A stretch of 64,000 bases of DNA from Guillardia theta CCMP2712 (GCF_000315625.1 NW_005434643.1:277581-341580), one strand, 5' to 3'. Shown: positions 34,801-48,300, counted from the first letter of the stretch. Notes: generated by a model from the letters alone, not told the origin. Program-made: numbers and translations.

Positions 34801-37133
34801 GATGGGGAGAGGAGGACAAGGAGGGAGAGAAGGAAGACAAGGAGGAATGAACAAGTGATGGGGGACGAGGATTTCGAGCGTGACTTTCTTGCAGGATCAA
34901 AATTTCTGACATGGGCTTCTCAAAGCGCCTGGACAATGGCCAGGTTACAAGGAGGAGAAAGGGGAGAGAGGAGAGGAGAGACACGAGTGCGACGGAAGGA
35001 AGAGTAAAGAGGTCGAGCAGAGAAGAAAACGGCAAGAATGGAGAGGAGGAGCAAGAGGAGGAGGAGGATGGGGATGCAAGGTATGCACAACAACGCAGAA
35101 AGTAACTTCCCACTCCCTCCCCAGTCCTCCTTCGACACGGTTCACGCGGGCACCATGGGATGGCGAGCGCCTGAGCTTCTGCTGAAGCAGGTGAGGGCAG
35201 GAGAAGCCTGCATGTCGTGCTGATGCTGCTCTCAGAGGTGCACCAAGTCTGTTGACATCTTCGCTGTTGGCTGCATCTTCTACTACGTCCTCACTCACGG
35301 TTCCCTCCATCTTCCAGCTCTGCTCCTTTCGCTTCATCTTGCATTTCCTTCTAATATTCCTAAAGTGCCCTTTTCATCTCCTCTCCTCCCCTCTCTCTCC
35401 TCTCTCTCCTCTCCTCTCCTCTCCTCTCCTCTCCTCTCCTCTCCTCTCCTCTCCTCTCCTCTCCTCTCCTCTCCTCTCCTCTCTTAGTCGTTCTTATTTC
35501 GTAGCATTTTCATTCTCCTGAGTCTTTTGCACTTCTTCTAGGTCATCACGCGTTTGGCGAGTGGCTTGAACGAGACTCAAACATCGTGCGAGATCGAACA
35601 AACCTTTCGTTGCTAGGTCCATACAAGCAACTCCCTCCTGTCCGCTCTTGTCCTCCCCACTTGTGTTGTCTTGTGTTTGCTGGCCCCCTCCTTTCCCCTC
35701 TCCCTCTCCTTGTCGCCGCCTTCCTCTCCCCCCTCGTCCTGCATCGGCAAGAGCTTGCCTGCTTCATGTTCACTCTCTCTCCTTCAGATCACTGGCCGGA
35801 AGCTCAGGACTTGATCGCTGAGCTCATTCGTCATGACTCGTCCAAGGTAATTCAGATCTCCTCGCTCGTGTCCCTCCGACAAATTTCAACATTGCCCTTC
35901 CTCCCTCTCCCTCTCCTTTCTCTTCCCATTCCCAAATCTCCTCCTCCTCCTCCTCCTCCTCCTTTTGAGCGTTTGCTCCTCATGTCATTGGATTGATCTC
36001 GCAGAGACCGACGGCAGCGGAGGCGAGGAAGCATCCCTTCTTTTGGAGCAAAGCAACATGTCTCCGGTGACTGCTGCTCGTCTCCCTTCTCTTCCTCCTT
36101 CATATCGCCTCCCTTTCTTGTCTGCTCCCGCTCTCCGCTCCCTCTTGCTCGTTGCCCGCGCTCTTATACTTTCTCAGCTTTCTGCTTGATTGCTCGGACC
36201 GTGTGGAGAACGAGGATGCGTCTTCCTTGTTGGTAACGGCCATGGAGAGAAGAGCGCAGATGGTGAGGAACAAAGATGATTACTCCTTCGTTGTCAGCCC
36301 TGTACAATCTCGTCTCAATTCTCGTCTTCCTCTTCCTCTTCCCCATATTGCCTCCCATCCTTCACTTCTTCTATTACGTTTATCTCGTCCACCTGCTCGT
36401 CTATTAGAAAAATCGCAATATTTTACTACCACTATCTCCTCCTCCTCCACCACCACCACCTCCTCCTCCTCCATCTCAACTAATTGCTACTTTCTGTGTT
36501 GACGCTTCATCTGAAAGGTGTTCGCGAGCCCTTGGAACCTTCAGCTTGACAGCAGCTTCATTGCAACCTTGCTCGAGTACCTGAGACAAGACGCTTCCCC
36601 TGCTCTGACCCTGCTGGCAGGAGGAGGAAGTACAACTACAACTCCCTTAGAGATCTCCTGCGGGCGATCAGAAACAAGAAAAATCACTTCAGGCACGCCC
36701 TCCTCCCTCCCCTCTTCTCCATCTTCCTCCTCTCTCTGGACATGCTCTCGCTCCTTGTCATTCTTGTTCGCTGTGCCATGTTGCTCCTCACCTAACGCCA
36801 CTGCAGGGAGCTGCCGCAGGCCGTGCAGGACATGCTGGGAGGAGTGCCGGACGGGTACATGCTCTACTTCAAGACCAAGTTCCCCCGCATCATTCTTGAG
36901 ATGTACTTGTTCGCGCTTGAGACGGGTGAGGCAGCTGAGGGAGAGGTGAGGAGGTTGATGAGTATGTGCAGAGCTGACGAGGAACGAGGCTGTGTTTTCT
37001 GCCTACTTGTCTCCATGAGCGTTTTTCCCTGTTTGAACGTCTGAGGTTTTTGGAGTTGAAGGAGGAGGGTTGTACAGTAAGCGAGGGTATCAAGTATCTC
37101 GACTTCTTTATCCTTCAACAGATTGTTACACTA
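31750..37133 (+). CDS. IRE1: IRE1 ER-stress sensor kinase/endoribonuclease, multi-exon (3' end approximate)
   Basis: Signal peptide; luminal DGSLY / LQDLVENSPF; TM segment; kinase LGHGSQGTIVY, VAVKRLL, HPNITRYF, HRDLKPGN, ISDMG, GTMGWRAPE; KEN RNase LLDCSDRVE, LRDLLRAIRNKKNHFRELP, YFKTKFP. Confidence 0.96.
34022..34073 (+). repeat. (ACTG)13 tandem repeat inside an IRE1 intron
   Basis: Directly visible. Confidence 0.95.
35380..35485. repeat. (CTCCT)n intronic pentanucleotide repeat
   Basis: Directly visible. Confidence 0.9.
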
Positions 37134-37193
37134 AATCACAAGCAGCTCGACCCCAGCAGACACGCGAGGAGGAGCATCAGAGAGTCTGAGAGC

Positions 37194-38865
37194 TCACAAC
37201 TCTCTCCACACGCTTGAGAGGCGGCTAGCGAGGTCGCGGCTGATGTCCCGGTCGAAGAGCATCTGCCCGTGGTTGGCGTTTCTCATGGTGTAGCTCCTGA
37301 CGCAGTTGTGCTGCCCGAGGCGAGAGGCGTGCTGCTCGATGTGCCTGTGAACGGCATGGGAGGGAACGATCTCGTCGTGCTCGGAGAGGCACACGAGGGA
37401 GGGGATGTTCTGCTTCTGGAGGTCCTGCGCCCACAGGATGTTGCGGTACCACCAGAAGTTGCGGCGGAGGGCGTTGTTGAGGTAGAGCTCCGACCCGATG
37501 AGATCTCCCAGCTTGTTTCCCAGCTTCCTCCTGTCGTTGTCCTGCGTCTTCTTGTAGAGGAAGTTGTACAGCACGTCCTTTAGGTTCAACATCATCACCA
37601 CTGGGTCGATGAGCCCGATCCCCGCAACCCGCTCGGGCAGGTGCTGCACCATCCAGGAGAGCACGACAGACCCGTACGAGTGGCCCACCCAGAACGCGTC
37701 CTGCAGTTCCCAGCGCTGAAAGATCCTCTCGATGCCGTAGAGATGGTCGTCGATGGAAGGGACAACAGGGCTGATGGTGCAGGAAATGTGGGGGAGCTCG
37801 ATGAGAATCATGGGGCAGTCGTTCACCATGAGCTCCTTGAGGAAGGACAGGTAGGTGATGAGACCAACCCCAACGCCATGCACGAACACGATCGGCTTCT
37901 TCTTCCTGCTCTCCTCGCACTCCGGCAGGCGGATCCAGTAACTGATTTCCCCATCCACGTGCTTGGCGAAGCCCTCCTTCCTCAGCTGGAAGCCAGCCGC
38001 TGCTCCTAGCAGCCACTGGCACACGAGGTAGAAGACGATGGGCTTGTGCTTGTACAGCAACGGCTCGATGGTAAACCTCATGCAAGGGAGAGGCTGCTGG
38101 CTCGGCAGACGGGTGGGAAACTCGTAGTTGAGCTGCTCCTGGATCTTGACGAAGATTCGGTGGATGCTGCACTTCTTGTCTTCGTCCAGCACCTCGTAGG
38201 TCGTGCTGAACGTGGCCCACGTCAGGAAGCTGTGAACGTCCTCCACGGTGATGGACTCGAACTTGGAGTCATAGAACCATCCCGAGAGGAACTGCCGCGT
38301 GCAGTGGGAGGAGGACAGGATCATGTCCCACAGCTCGTCAAGGTCTCGTGCGACGGGCTCCGGCTCCATCGGGGTCTCGAGCACACTCGCTTGCAAGCAG
38401 TTGTAGCCAAAGAACATCATCTCTGCTATCCCGAGGACAATCGCAGGGAGGTTCGACCCTGATGTGAAGCTGGCAGTGACAAGAATGGCTAAGGAAATCA
38501 TCCAGGGGAGCAAATCGGTCTTGACAGAGTGAGGATTGGAGAGATGTTGTGAAGCATCCATGCCGGATGGAATGGTCTCCCTCAACACCTTCTGATCACT
38601 CTCAAAGAACGAGAACGATGTCAGCCGGTTCAAGCTGAAGTCCTTAGGGAAACTTGCTGCCTGCAGCAAACGTCACTACAAAACTCCGCACCTTGTCAGA
38701 AATGTTGCGTACCTTCATTGCAGTTTTTCTTCTATGTGATCCAACGGATTGCATGGTAAGAGACCTTGCTGTAGGAGCATGCATAGAGATGGAAAACGCC
38801 AGCGATGGTGAGTAAAAAGCATACGAAAATGTTGTTAACTGAAGCAAAATCATCTGTCCGACCAT
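37194..38865 (-). CDS. Alpha/beta-hydrolase fold protein with a probable bipartite (signal + transit) N-terminus; one short intron near 38661-38711
   Basis: PIVFVHGVGVGL, nucleophile motif VGHSYGS, LIDPV, LSEHDEIVP, ANHG; N-terminus MVGQMILLQLTTFSYAF...SLAF. Confidence 0.88.
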
Positions 38866-40370
38866 GCCAGGAAACCGGAAAAGTTGAGAATGTGAAGATG
38901 CGAAACGGGAAGATAAACAATGCAAGCAGATGCTTCGCAACTTCCCTGCCACTCCCCACCCAAGACTCCAAAGGAGTGGAAGGAGTGAGGAGTGGTGGTT
39001 GGTGACCGCGCGAGCTGTCGGGTGAGCTGATCAAGTACAGTAGATAGCTGACGGGTTACTGGAAGTTGACTCTCAGAAGACTGTAGAAGGAAGAGAGAGG
39101 AGGAGAGAAGATGAACGGCGAGGAGCAGGTGGTGGAGGAGGAGGAGCAGGGTCCTACGGGAGCCGGAGGCGACAGATGGGGGCAGGGGATGTGTAAATAG
39201 AATTGTGGGCTTAAAGTAAGACTGAAATGCTATATTTCTCTTAAAACAATTATTTGTACCAACATGTACAATAGAAAAACTCTTATAGTGAAATACTGAA
39301 TTTAAGGCCACAAGAAACGACCGCTCGCATGAGATAAGTCTAGATTACCACAGAGCTCTGTACCGGGATTTATAGCATTAAAACATTTATGTGTATAAGT
39401 ATTTTTGGGGGGTTGCAGTACACATGGCCTCGTCATCAGACCCTCATAATATATCGAATAATATATTTTTCGTATATCTTAAAATAGTTATTTGTTATCT
39501 CGGTACGATCTGGATGTACGGCCCCGACTGATCTCGTCTCGGTACCGCCATAAAATGGTATATCTGGAACTACCCACCCAGGACATCATGAGAATGGGAG
39601 GGGTACTTGCCTCCTCTGCAACCTCTCGGCCTTTTTTAGCAACCTGTTTACATCGACCACCCACCTCATTTGATCTTCTTCATGACCCCCACCCTATCCA
39701 ACCCTGTCTTTCACCCACCCTTGATAGGTTCTATCGCAACCTCACTTTCTCGTCCTTCTACCCCCACCCCCAAGAATCCCCCCGCTTGTATCCTCATTGT
39801 GAGTGAAACTGTCACAACCGTTGTCTGGCATGAACAGGCCCGCCCCAGAATAAACACAATTCCCGGGCCCGGAGCCCGAGGTGCCGAAACACTGAGACTT
39901 ACCGGGTGAGGAGTCTGAAGGCCCATCGAACATTCCGAGGTCCCTGCCCACGTCATACTCCCCAACCCTACCCATGTTTTGAAGATGTCACTCCATTGAC
40001 CGGTACTTCCCAGATAGCAAAGTTCTGTCAATAACGGGTTCATTGGTACCCCACCCCCTCGTGTGGAGCTTTCTTCAGGCTCATACAGCACGCCAATGCA
40101 CCTCATTACAACAACTTCAGACTACCCACCCATATTGTTTCACTACCCTACCCCCTTTGGGCTACGAAAGCAAAGAAACCCATTTCTTGGCAGCATTGGA
40201 ATCTCGTTCATTCATAGAAAACTTTTATCAACTAAGATGAGTCAAACTTAAGTAACTGTTGTTGAATAATGCACTACCCCACCCAAAACAAGGACCCTAC
40301 GTTTTTCACCACCCTACCCACCCTGAGGGCACATGGACGACCGATCGCACTGAGCTAGAGTATCGTCGCC

Positions 40371-43072
40371 ATGCAGTGGAGGACGAGGGTGGCAGCGCTG
40401 GTTCTTTGTGCCGCTGTGATGGTGACAGGGGAAAAGCAAGAGAAGTTGCGGTGGGCACAAGACAAGGAAAGACTTTATGTCACCATCGCTGTTGAATGCG
40501 CAAGTGACAGGAGCGTGGGTCACACCGAAGATCGATTCTTGTTCTCCTGCAAGGGGAGTGATGGGAACTTACATAAGACAGACTTTGAGTTGAGAGAACC
40601 GATCAAACCGTCGGCCAGTCACTGCAAGCAACAAAGAGGAGAAGAAGTCTGCATGTGAGCATCTTGCCAACTACCCCTCTTTGCATCGCCTTCGAACATT
40701 GAATCTTGTTCAGCCCCCTCCCTATATTCTCCTCTCTTCTCCTCGACATCCCTCTCTCTCCATACACTTAGACGTGGATGTCGCAAGCATTGCTGATACT
40801 TGTAATGACAGACTACAAAAAGCGCACCCTCACTATTTCGACAAGCTTACAACTGATAAGGAAATCCTGAACATTCTGAAGCCAGATTGGTCGAGGTGGA
40901 AGGATGAAGACGAGGGGTGCGCATGATTGTGTCACCCTCTTGGCTGGCTGATTTTTTCTGTTCTTTGCAATACAGAGGAGCTTTCGAAAACGATTACGAG
41001 GTGTTGCCCAAGTCAATCATGCTCCCGGGGACGGTCGAACTCGTGGACAAGACTGTCAAGGAAGGCAAAGTAGCCTTCGTGCACGCCTACTTGCCCTGGT
41101 GAGGAGGAGGAGGAGGAGGAGGAGGAGGAGGAGGAGAAGGAGGAGGAGGAGGAGGAGGAGGAGGAGGAGGAGGAGGAGATATGTAGGGATCGCTCACATG
41201 GTTGTAGGTGCAATATGTGTGCCTACACCCGGCAAGGCTTCATCCGAGCCGCAAAAGAACTCGGGGGGAACCAGACAAACAACGTCTTCATTTACATTGA
41301 CGCGAGGGAGGACAAGGCGGCGGCAAAGCGCTACAACATCACGTGCGTGCCGGAGTGTTTCTTCGTCATCTCTAGGAATGGCGAGCAAGATGAGGTGATG
41401 GCGGCCAAGGGGAGTAACGACGACATTGCAAATGCGATCAAGGCACATTTGCCCCCAGCGCTCAGCAAGGTGAGCACGGACAGCGAGGTCAATCATTTCA
41501 TCGAGGAGAACGCAGTTTCTGTTCTCGTTGCGGTCAAGGGTGGTCTGATGTCCAAGGCGACCGACTCCAGTGAGTATGTTGCAGCCAAGAAAGCCGCACA
41601 GACCCTGCGGGGGAAGGTGATGTTGGAATCAAGGTGGAGGGGGTCAACTGAATCTGATTTGTCAGGCGAGCTTCATGTACACTGACAAGAAACTCTTGGG
41701 ACTTGCGCCAGGAAACATGCGGGTCTGGGTGAATGGATCAAATCCTCAGACCGCAGCGCTGGGCTCCGATTCCACGGCACTAGCGAAACAAGTCATTGGG
41801 CTGAGCTGGGGTCTAGAGCTCTTCAACTACACCTGGAAGAAAAGAGAAGTGTTCGACAGCGTTGGAATCCCGATCGCCCATGTGTATCCGGGTACCAAGT
41901 CAGAAGATCTTGAGATGTTCAAGGAAGTCGCGAAGGAGCTTAGTGGCAAGATTGCATTCCTCCGCTTCGCGGAATCTGAGAATTACATGCTCAAAGACTT
42001 TGGGCTTGTGGAAGACAAGTTCCCTGCATTTGGAATCGCTGAGAGCTTCGATGCCAAGGCAAAGAGATATGCCTTCGAAGGAGATTCTTTCACCAAGGAA
42101 AAAATCATTGAGTTCTGCAAACGTTTCCTTGATGGGAAGCTTGAGCCCTCTTACAAATCAGAAGTGGTTCCAGGGGGAGAGCATGTTCGTGGGACTGTGC
42201 GGCATGTTGTGTGGAAGACTCTTGCCGAGAGCAAGTGGAATGACATCACTGCAAAAGAAGATGTTCTCCTCCTGCTCTACAAACCTTGGTCCAACGATAA
42301 CCAGAAAGTTCTGACCATATTCGACAAGGTTGCAGCGGCGTTGGAGAAGGTCGAAGGAGTTTCTTTGGGCAAGCTTGACACAAGCAAGAATCACTATGAT
42401 GCCGAACGGTTTCCGATTGATGAGTACAGCAGCGAACCAGCTGTCTTCTTGTGCAAAGCCGGATCGAAGCCGACACAGTTCGCCGGGGCGCTGACTCAGA
42501 AGGATCTCTTCAAGTTCCTTGCCAAGAATTCCCCAGCGGTTAAAGCCGGTTGGGAGACACTTGTGAAACCAAAGCTGCAAGAGATCAAGGCAGCAGAGGA
42601 AGAGAAGAAGAAGAAAGCAGAGGAGGCAGCAGCTGCTGAAAAGGCCAAACTAGAGGAAGAGAGGAAGAAGCTCGACGAGCTGGCGGCCACGGCTGAGAAG
42701 ATCGACGTGGGCTCGAAAAAGGATGGGGGCCTGATCAAGCAGATCATCTCTCCCGGCTCAGGAGACTCAACCCCGCAAAAGGGAGACCTCGTCAAGGCTC
42801 ACTACACTGGAACCCTGCTCGATGGAAGCAAGTTCGACAGCTCACGGGATCGGGGCGATCCCTTCTCTTTCACCATCGGGCAAGGACAAGTAATCGCGTG
42901 TTGGGACGAAGCCTTCCTTACCATGAAGAAAGGAGAGAGAGCTCTTTTGACTTGCACGGCTGAGAATGCCTACGGAGACAGAGGAGCTGGAGAGAAGATT
43001 CCTCCTGGCGCCACCCTCAGGTTTGATGTGGAGCTCATCGACTTTGGCAACAAAGCCAAGTCAGAGTTGTAG
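40371..43072 (+). CDS. ER-luminal multidomain foldase: signal peptide + p23/CS domain + PDI-like thioredoxin domains + FKBP PPIase + KSEL
   Basis: Signal MQWRTRVAALVLCAAVMVTG; p23 motifs LRWAQDKERLYVTI and LKPDWSRWKDEDE; WCNMC across intron 41099-41207; FLDGKLEPSYKSE; FKBP VKAHYTGTLLDGSKFDSSRDRG...IPPGATLRFDVELI; ends KSEL*. Confidence 0.85.
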
Positions 43073-43209
43073 GAAGGATCTCATTGGTGAAGAGAATACA
43101 TGTTGTGTACACGCGTGGCATTCCAACTCAACTACGATCGCGACCATGCTGGAAGAATATACACTCTTTGTTACAACTATACATAGATGATCTACTGTAA
43201 GTAGCTTTT

Positions 43210-43545
43210 TCACATGGACTGATTGTCCCTCGGGGAGAGAAGAAAGCGTCTTCGTCTCTTGACAATGTAGTTAGCAAACGATCCTGGCATAACAGGACGG
43301 GAGGTCGGAAGAACGTGACTTGATTCTGTGTTCATAACGAAATTATGGGAGTGCCTCTTGTATTTGCTGCACCATTGTGGGAGAAACTCGAAGCAACCAT
43401 GATGGTCCTCTTCACCATAACTGATCGCGTCGTGGGATGATAGCAATATCGTGCTGCATTGGCGAGATCCTGCTGCCTGCGTGTGTACAAGGCGTCTCCT
43501 GAATTGCGACACGAATGCTCTGGACAACAGTGTACCTTTGACCAT
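43210..43545 (-). CDS. Small intronless protein of an unnamed PGS[WF]A...RRF family (copy A), mitochondrial-presequence-like N-terminus
   Basis: MVKGTLLSRAFVSQFRRRLVHT...; shares PQWCSKYKRHSH and PVMPGSFANYIVKRRRRF with the ORFs at 52964 and 53522. Confidence 0.7.
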   Translation of the reverse strand: MVKGTLLSRAFVSQFRRRLVHTQAAGSRQCSTILLSSHDAISYGEEDHHGCFEFLPQWCSKYKRHSHNFVMNTESSHVLPTSRPVMPGSFANYIVKRRRRFLLSPRDNQSM

Positions 43546-44881
43546 CTCTTGCAAGGATATCGGATGTCTGCGGGAGTAAAGAAGCAGGTCAAGGGGAAGT
43601 GAGAAGATGCGGGAGGTTATCAAGGAGATAGGTTGTAGCGGTGGGAGGGCGGGGAGGGGGTGAGGACGAGAAGGATCGAACTGATCTGTCGGGGGAGCAG
43701 AGGGCGGGGTCTTGTTGGAAGTCAGGAACCCCGATGATGCTGACGTCAAGTGTCAGCGATCACCCTAAAACACGTCGTTTCGAATATCAAAAGAATCCTT
43801 TTTCAATCGAAAAGGTGTATGTTCACAAAATTTCATTGGTGGGTGGAGGAGCAAAGGGTGAATGTGATACTTTGAGAGGTAGGAGACCAGGGGTACAGGG
43901 GGAAACAGGGATGAGAAGGGGGTCAAGTGAAGTACCCCCTCCGATGTGATGCTCAACTTAAAAAGAAATTATAAAAACAGGACGGCCTCCTCTCCACCCG
44001 TCAATATCCATACGCGTACCCCTTGACTTGGGACCTCGATTATTTCAACAAGAATTATAAAGGTACCCCCTTCCTGCATATGATTTTCACGGGTGTTGTG
44101 AGAGCATGGTTCTTTTTATCATATTGAGTAAATCCAGTTACTCAACTAAACTTCAAGTCCCTCATACAGCACTTACTAGGCTTCGCGCGAGGTCCGGGCC
44201 CGGCATGGAGGAGCCGCCCGGAACCCGGCGAAGACACTGAGGCAGGTCACGGCACTACTGCGTCGCCGGCGCTCCGATCTGAGGACTCTGACGCGGGCTC
44301 GGGGAGTGGAGGCTGCACACGGAGAAGATCTCCGTGCACAGTTGACTCTCACGGCGATGGGCTCCGGGGCAACTATTCCAAGTATACCTGAGCTGAGGTT
44401 ACGATAGGGGTGAAGGCAAGAGATTGTTCGAGTGGTTCAATAAGTAGATAAAGGGATCTGCAGACCCTGACGGACCACTCAGATGATAAGGGGGAAGATA
44501 CAACGCTTCAGCATCGCTGTTCTGATTTACTACAGCACAAGCAGAACCTTACACAGAATTTGAAGGGTTGCAAAATACTTCAACTCTCTCAATTCAAACT
44601 TGAACTTTGGACCCAATATTTGGAGGCTTCATTTTCGTACTCAACATGAAAACTGAAAAGAGATCTTTTCGATAGACCCCTTCGGAGCGGCGGGCCGACA
44701 GGTGGTACACGTGGGTGGCTCACGGGATCAATCGGAGGAGTCACGGGATCCTTGGCCCCGTCCCCCTCGCAACTTCAACCGACCTCCTCGCGCATCCTCG
44801 CTCACTTGCTCTCCTCCCTGCTCCCTCCACGCACTTGTCGTCAACGCTCAGGTCGCTGATACCTCTTCCTCCTTTTCCACT

Positions 44882-45184
44882 ATGGTTTCTACCGACATCA
44901 TGATCGATGCCCCTCATGTGAAGATCTTGCATCAATCTAGCCCAGCAGATCGCCCCCGAGCCAACCGTATCTCTATCCAATCCACCGAATGGTTCCTTCC
45001 AACAACCGCTTCAAGCTGCAGGCAGGACAGCATCGAGTCCTCGCCTCCTCCAGCACACTTTGTCAAGAGAGGACGAGGAAACCGAGTGAAGCTGGACGAG
45101 AAGGTGATTGACTGCGTCAGCGTCAACGAGTGGAGACGGCAAAGAAACAGACAAGTCGGAGCTGAGTTGTCTCAAGAGCTGTAG
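44882..45184 (+). CDS. Small hypothetical protein
   Basis: ATG after a pyrimidine-rich leader; 100 codons; ends tail-to-tail with the next gene. Confidence 0.45.
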   Translation: MVSTDIMIDAPHVKILHQSSPADRPRANRISIQSTEWFLPTTASSCRQDSIESSPPPAHFVKRGRGNRVKLDEKVIDCVSVNEWRRQRNRQVGAELSQEL

Positions 45185-45301
45185 ACCTCTCGATGCCTGT
45201 GCCACCATTGAAACATTCTTCTTGTTGTATTATACATATTCAAAATAAACAGAATTGGAGTGAACCAAGATACAAAAACTGCCCCTCAGAGTGACAAGCA
45301 T

Positions 45302-48300
45302 TCACAGCACGACAACCTCGTCGTGGTTTGGCAGCTCTTTGACAAGTGTGTTGGACCTCGACAGTGAAGCATGCGACGGGGCGACCTGCGAGTCGACCAA
45401 GACGAGGCTGCTCGCAGTGACATCGAGGTCGAGGGAGGTAGTCGAGTCGCGGATCACTGTGACCACGACGGTAGCATGATTCTCGAGTAGAGAGAAGACC
45501 TGCGATGAGGTCAGAGTAGGTGAGAGTCATGGAGAACATGACAAGAAAGGTGAGAGGCAGTGAGATAGACGTCACCTCAGCATCCGTCACGATAGCAACA
45601 TCTTGACCCTGCATCGCATGCACAACATCTCCTTCCTTGAGAGACTCGCTCTCCGTATCTCCGTCAGCTTTCACAACAGTAAGCATGCCATCCTCTGTCC
45701 TCGCCAGCTCGAATCGCTGCTGGGCCCTGCCCTTCTCCAAGCTCTGCTTCAGCAACATGTTTCTCTTCCTGAGCAGCAAGGAACTCTCCTGGACTTGCTT
45801 CAACGCATTTCTGATCTCGATGTTGGAAGGAGCTTCCTCCACCTAGCAGCAGGTCAGCGACGGGAGAGGCCCCCGAGAGGTGAAGATGAATCAGACTTGG
45901 TCTATGGACTTGTCCAGCGTGAACACGCCTTTGACCCAATCACTTTCGTCCTGCATAGATGGTGAGCAAGACAAGGAGACAAGTCCAGGGACCTGCTGGG
46001 CAGCCGTGCGGTTGAAGAGGTTGGAGCGCATCTGATTCATCTTGGCGTGAAGCTCATTCCTCTTCATCTGCAACCAGGTCAACACACGACAGCGCCCACA
46101 GACAAGGGGAGAAGCAGCTCGAAGATGAGGATGAGGGGAAGAAGGAGGAGAGGAAGGGGAAGGGGAGGCTTTGAAATGAAGAGGAAAGAAAGGGGAGGGA
46201 GAAGGTTTTGATAAGAGAAAGACGACGTGAACGACGAAGAAGACAACGAGTAGGAGGACAAGGAAAACCTCGAGCAGGTCCAGCCCGTCCTTGACTTGCT
46301 TGCACTTGTCCTTCACCATCTTATCGATGGGAGTCTCAGCATCAGCCTCCTCCTTCTGCTTGATGGCAGGGCTGTAGATTTCCACGTTCGCTGTCTCCCT
46401 GCCCTCCGACGCTCCTTTCTCTCCCTCCTCCACCCGAGCAGCTCCAAGTTTGACGTTCAAGTGCTTCGGAATCGAGTTCGTGTACACAGCAATACCATTC
46501 CTGCACGCCAGTCACTTACGACTTCCCTTCTCCTCCCTTCCCTCCTCTCTCATTCACTAGAACCCTGATCTCCTCCACTTGTCCTCCTCCCTTCCTCCAT
46601 TCGTCCTCCCGGCTCTTTCTCGCGCCCTCTGCTCCACCATCACCTGATGCTCGCCTCGTCGTCGAGGAACTTGTTCTGCACATTCATCCCACGGGAGGGA
46701 GCGAGAGGAGAGTCGAGGTCGCTGATCTTGATCTCTCGTTGCTTCCCCTTGGGCCGCAGGCTCCCTTCCAGCAGACAATCTCGATTCCACCTGCTCCCAG
46801 TAAGACCTGGCGCCCTGTCCCTTCCGCCAGACATATCTTCCTCCTTCTCACTCACTTGAGCCGGAGGTAAACCCTCCCCTTCACCGGCTCCTCCTCCTCG
46901 TAGGCTCCTTCCGGATCCTCGAGGTCGAACCATCCCTCCTGCATGAAACTGAGTCAATACATCCCTCCCCTCCCTCCCTCCCTCCCCTCCATCTCCCTCG
47001 CCTCTCCCTCCTCCTTCTTTTCCCCTGCCCCTTCTCCCCTCATCCCCTGAGCTCACCAGCGTACGGCAAGTCATGAGGGGGCAGAGTGGAACTCTGCCAA
47101 GTTGAATCAGCGGAAGAAAGGAGGTCGAGAGGTCATGGAGGAGGAGGACACAAGGACTGATGAGACGCGAGCAGGAAAAGAAGGAGAAGGGGGAGGAAGT
47201 GTTGTATGAGGGCTAACCTGATTTCACCCATGAAGTCGTCGAGCGAGAGCTTATCATTGTCGAACATTTGTACGCGCAACATGGTGAAAGGGGCAGAGTG
47301 GTTCTGATACACCCCGTGATCGCTCAAGTTTCCTCCCTGCAATCGCGAGTGAGGGGAGGAGAAGAAAGGGCAAGACAAGTACCTCGAGGTACAGCTTGAA
47401 CTTCTGATCGAACTTGGGGTTGAGGGACTTCGAAACTATCCGAGATTTCACCTGCTCCTCATCAGCATGCAAAAATCCCGCACCCCACTTCTTCCCTCAC
47501 TTCCTCGTCATCTTCCCCTTCCTCTCTCCCTCCCCTTCTCCTCCTTGTCTTTCGTTTCCTCTTTTCCAATTTCTTCTTCCCAAAGATTGTACTTCTCCTC
47601 CCACCAGCCACCTCAACCACCACCTCCACCATTTTGTCTCCCTCGCTCTCGCTTCCGTTCCGTTCAATCCTCTCTCACACCTTTGCGTACTCCCCAGGAA
47701 GAGACGGAGGTCCCTTCGACACAACCTGAAGAGATAAGAAGGTCAAGGAGACGAGGGGAAAAGAACTCAAACAGGAGCAGCAGCGGAAGGAGGGGGAAGA
47801 AGATGTGAGTTGGCTCACCTTCCACATTGCCTGAAGAGAAATCGCAGATGGAACCCTCTTCACTCCCTGTGACACGTTTAAACGAGGAGGAGGTGGAGAG
47901 ATAGGAGAGAGAGAGAGGTAGAAAGGGTGGAGGATGGGAAAGAGCAAGAGGGCAAGAGAGCAGTAAGAGGGGATGGGAAAGAGCAGGAGGGCAAGAGAGC
48001 AGGAAGAGGCAGGAGCACTATAAGGAACAGCAAGTGGAAAGAGGGGGGTGTAGGTAGAGGGAGGAGCAGCATGCACGAACATTAACAGCCTCCGTCAAGT
48101 CGCCTTCCGACTTCCATGAAGTCGATGAAGTGAGTCGTTTCCTGGCATGCTCTCAGTCCGATCCTCCTTGCTCCCTCTCAACCCCTGAACCCCATTCTCC
48201 TCTCTGACCATACCCTCCCTCCTCCCTCCTCCCTCCTCCCTCCTCCCTCCTCCCTCCTCCCTCCTCCCTCCTCCCTCCTCCCTCGTCTTACTCTCTCTCA

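Noticed and set aside
37225-38462. Alternative-frame and antisense ORFs over the hydrolase
   Set aside because: Shadow ORFs of a high-GC3 coding sequence.
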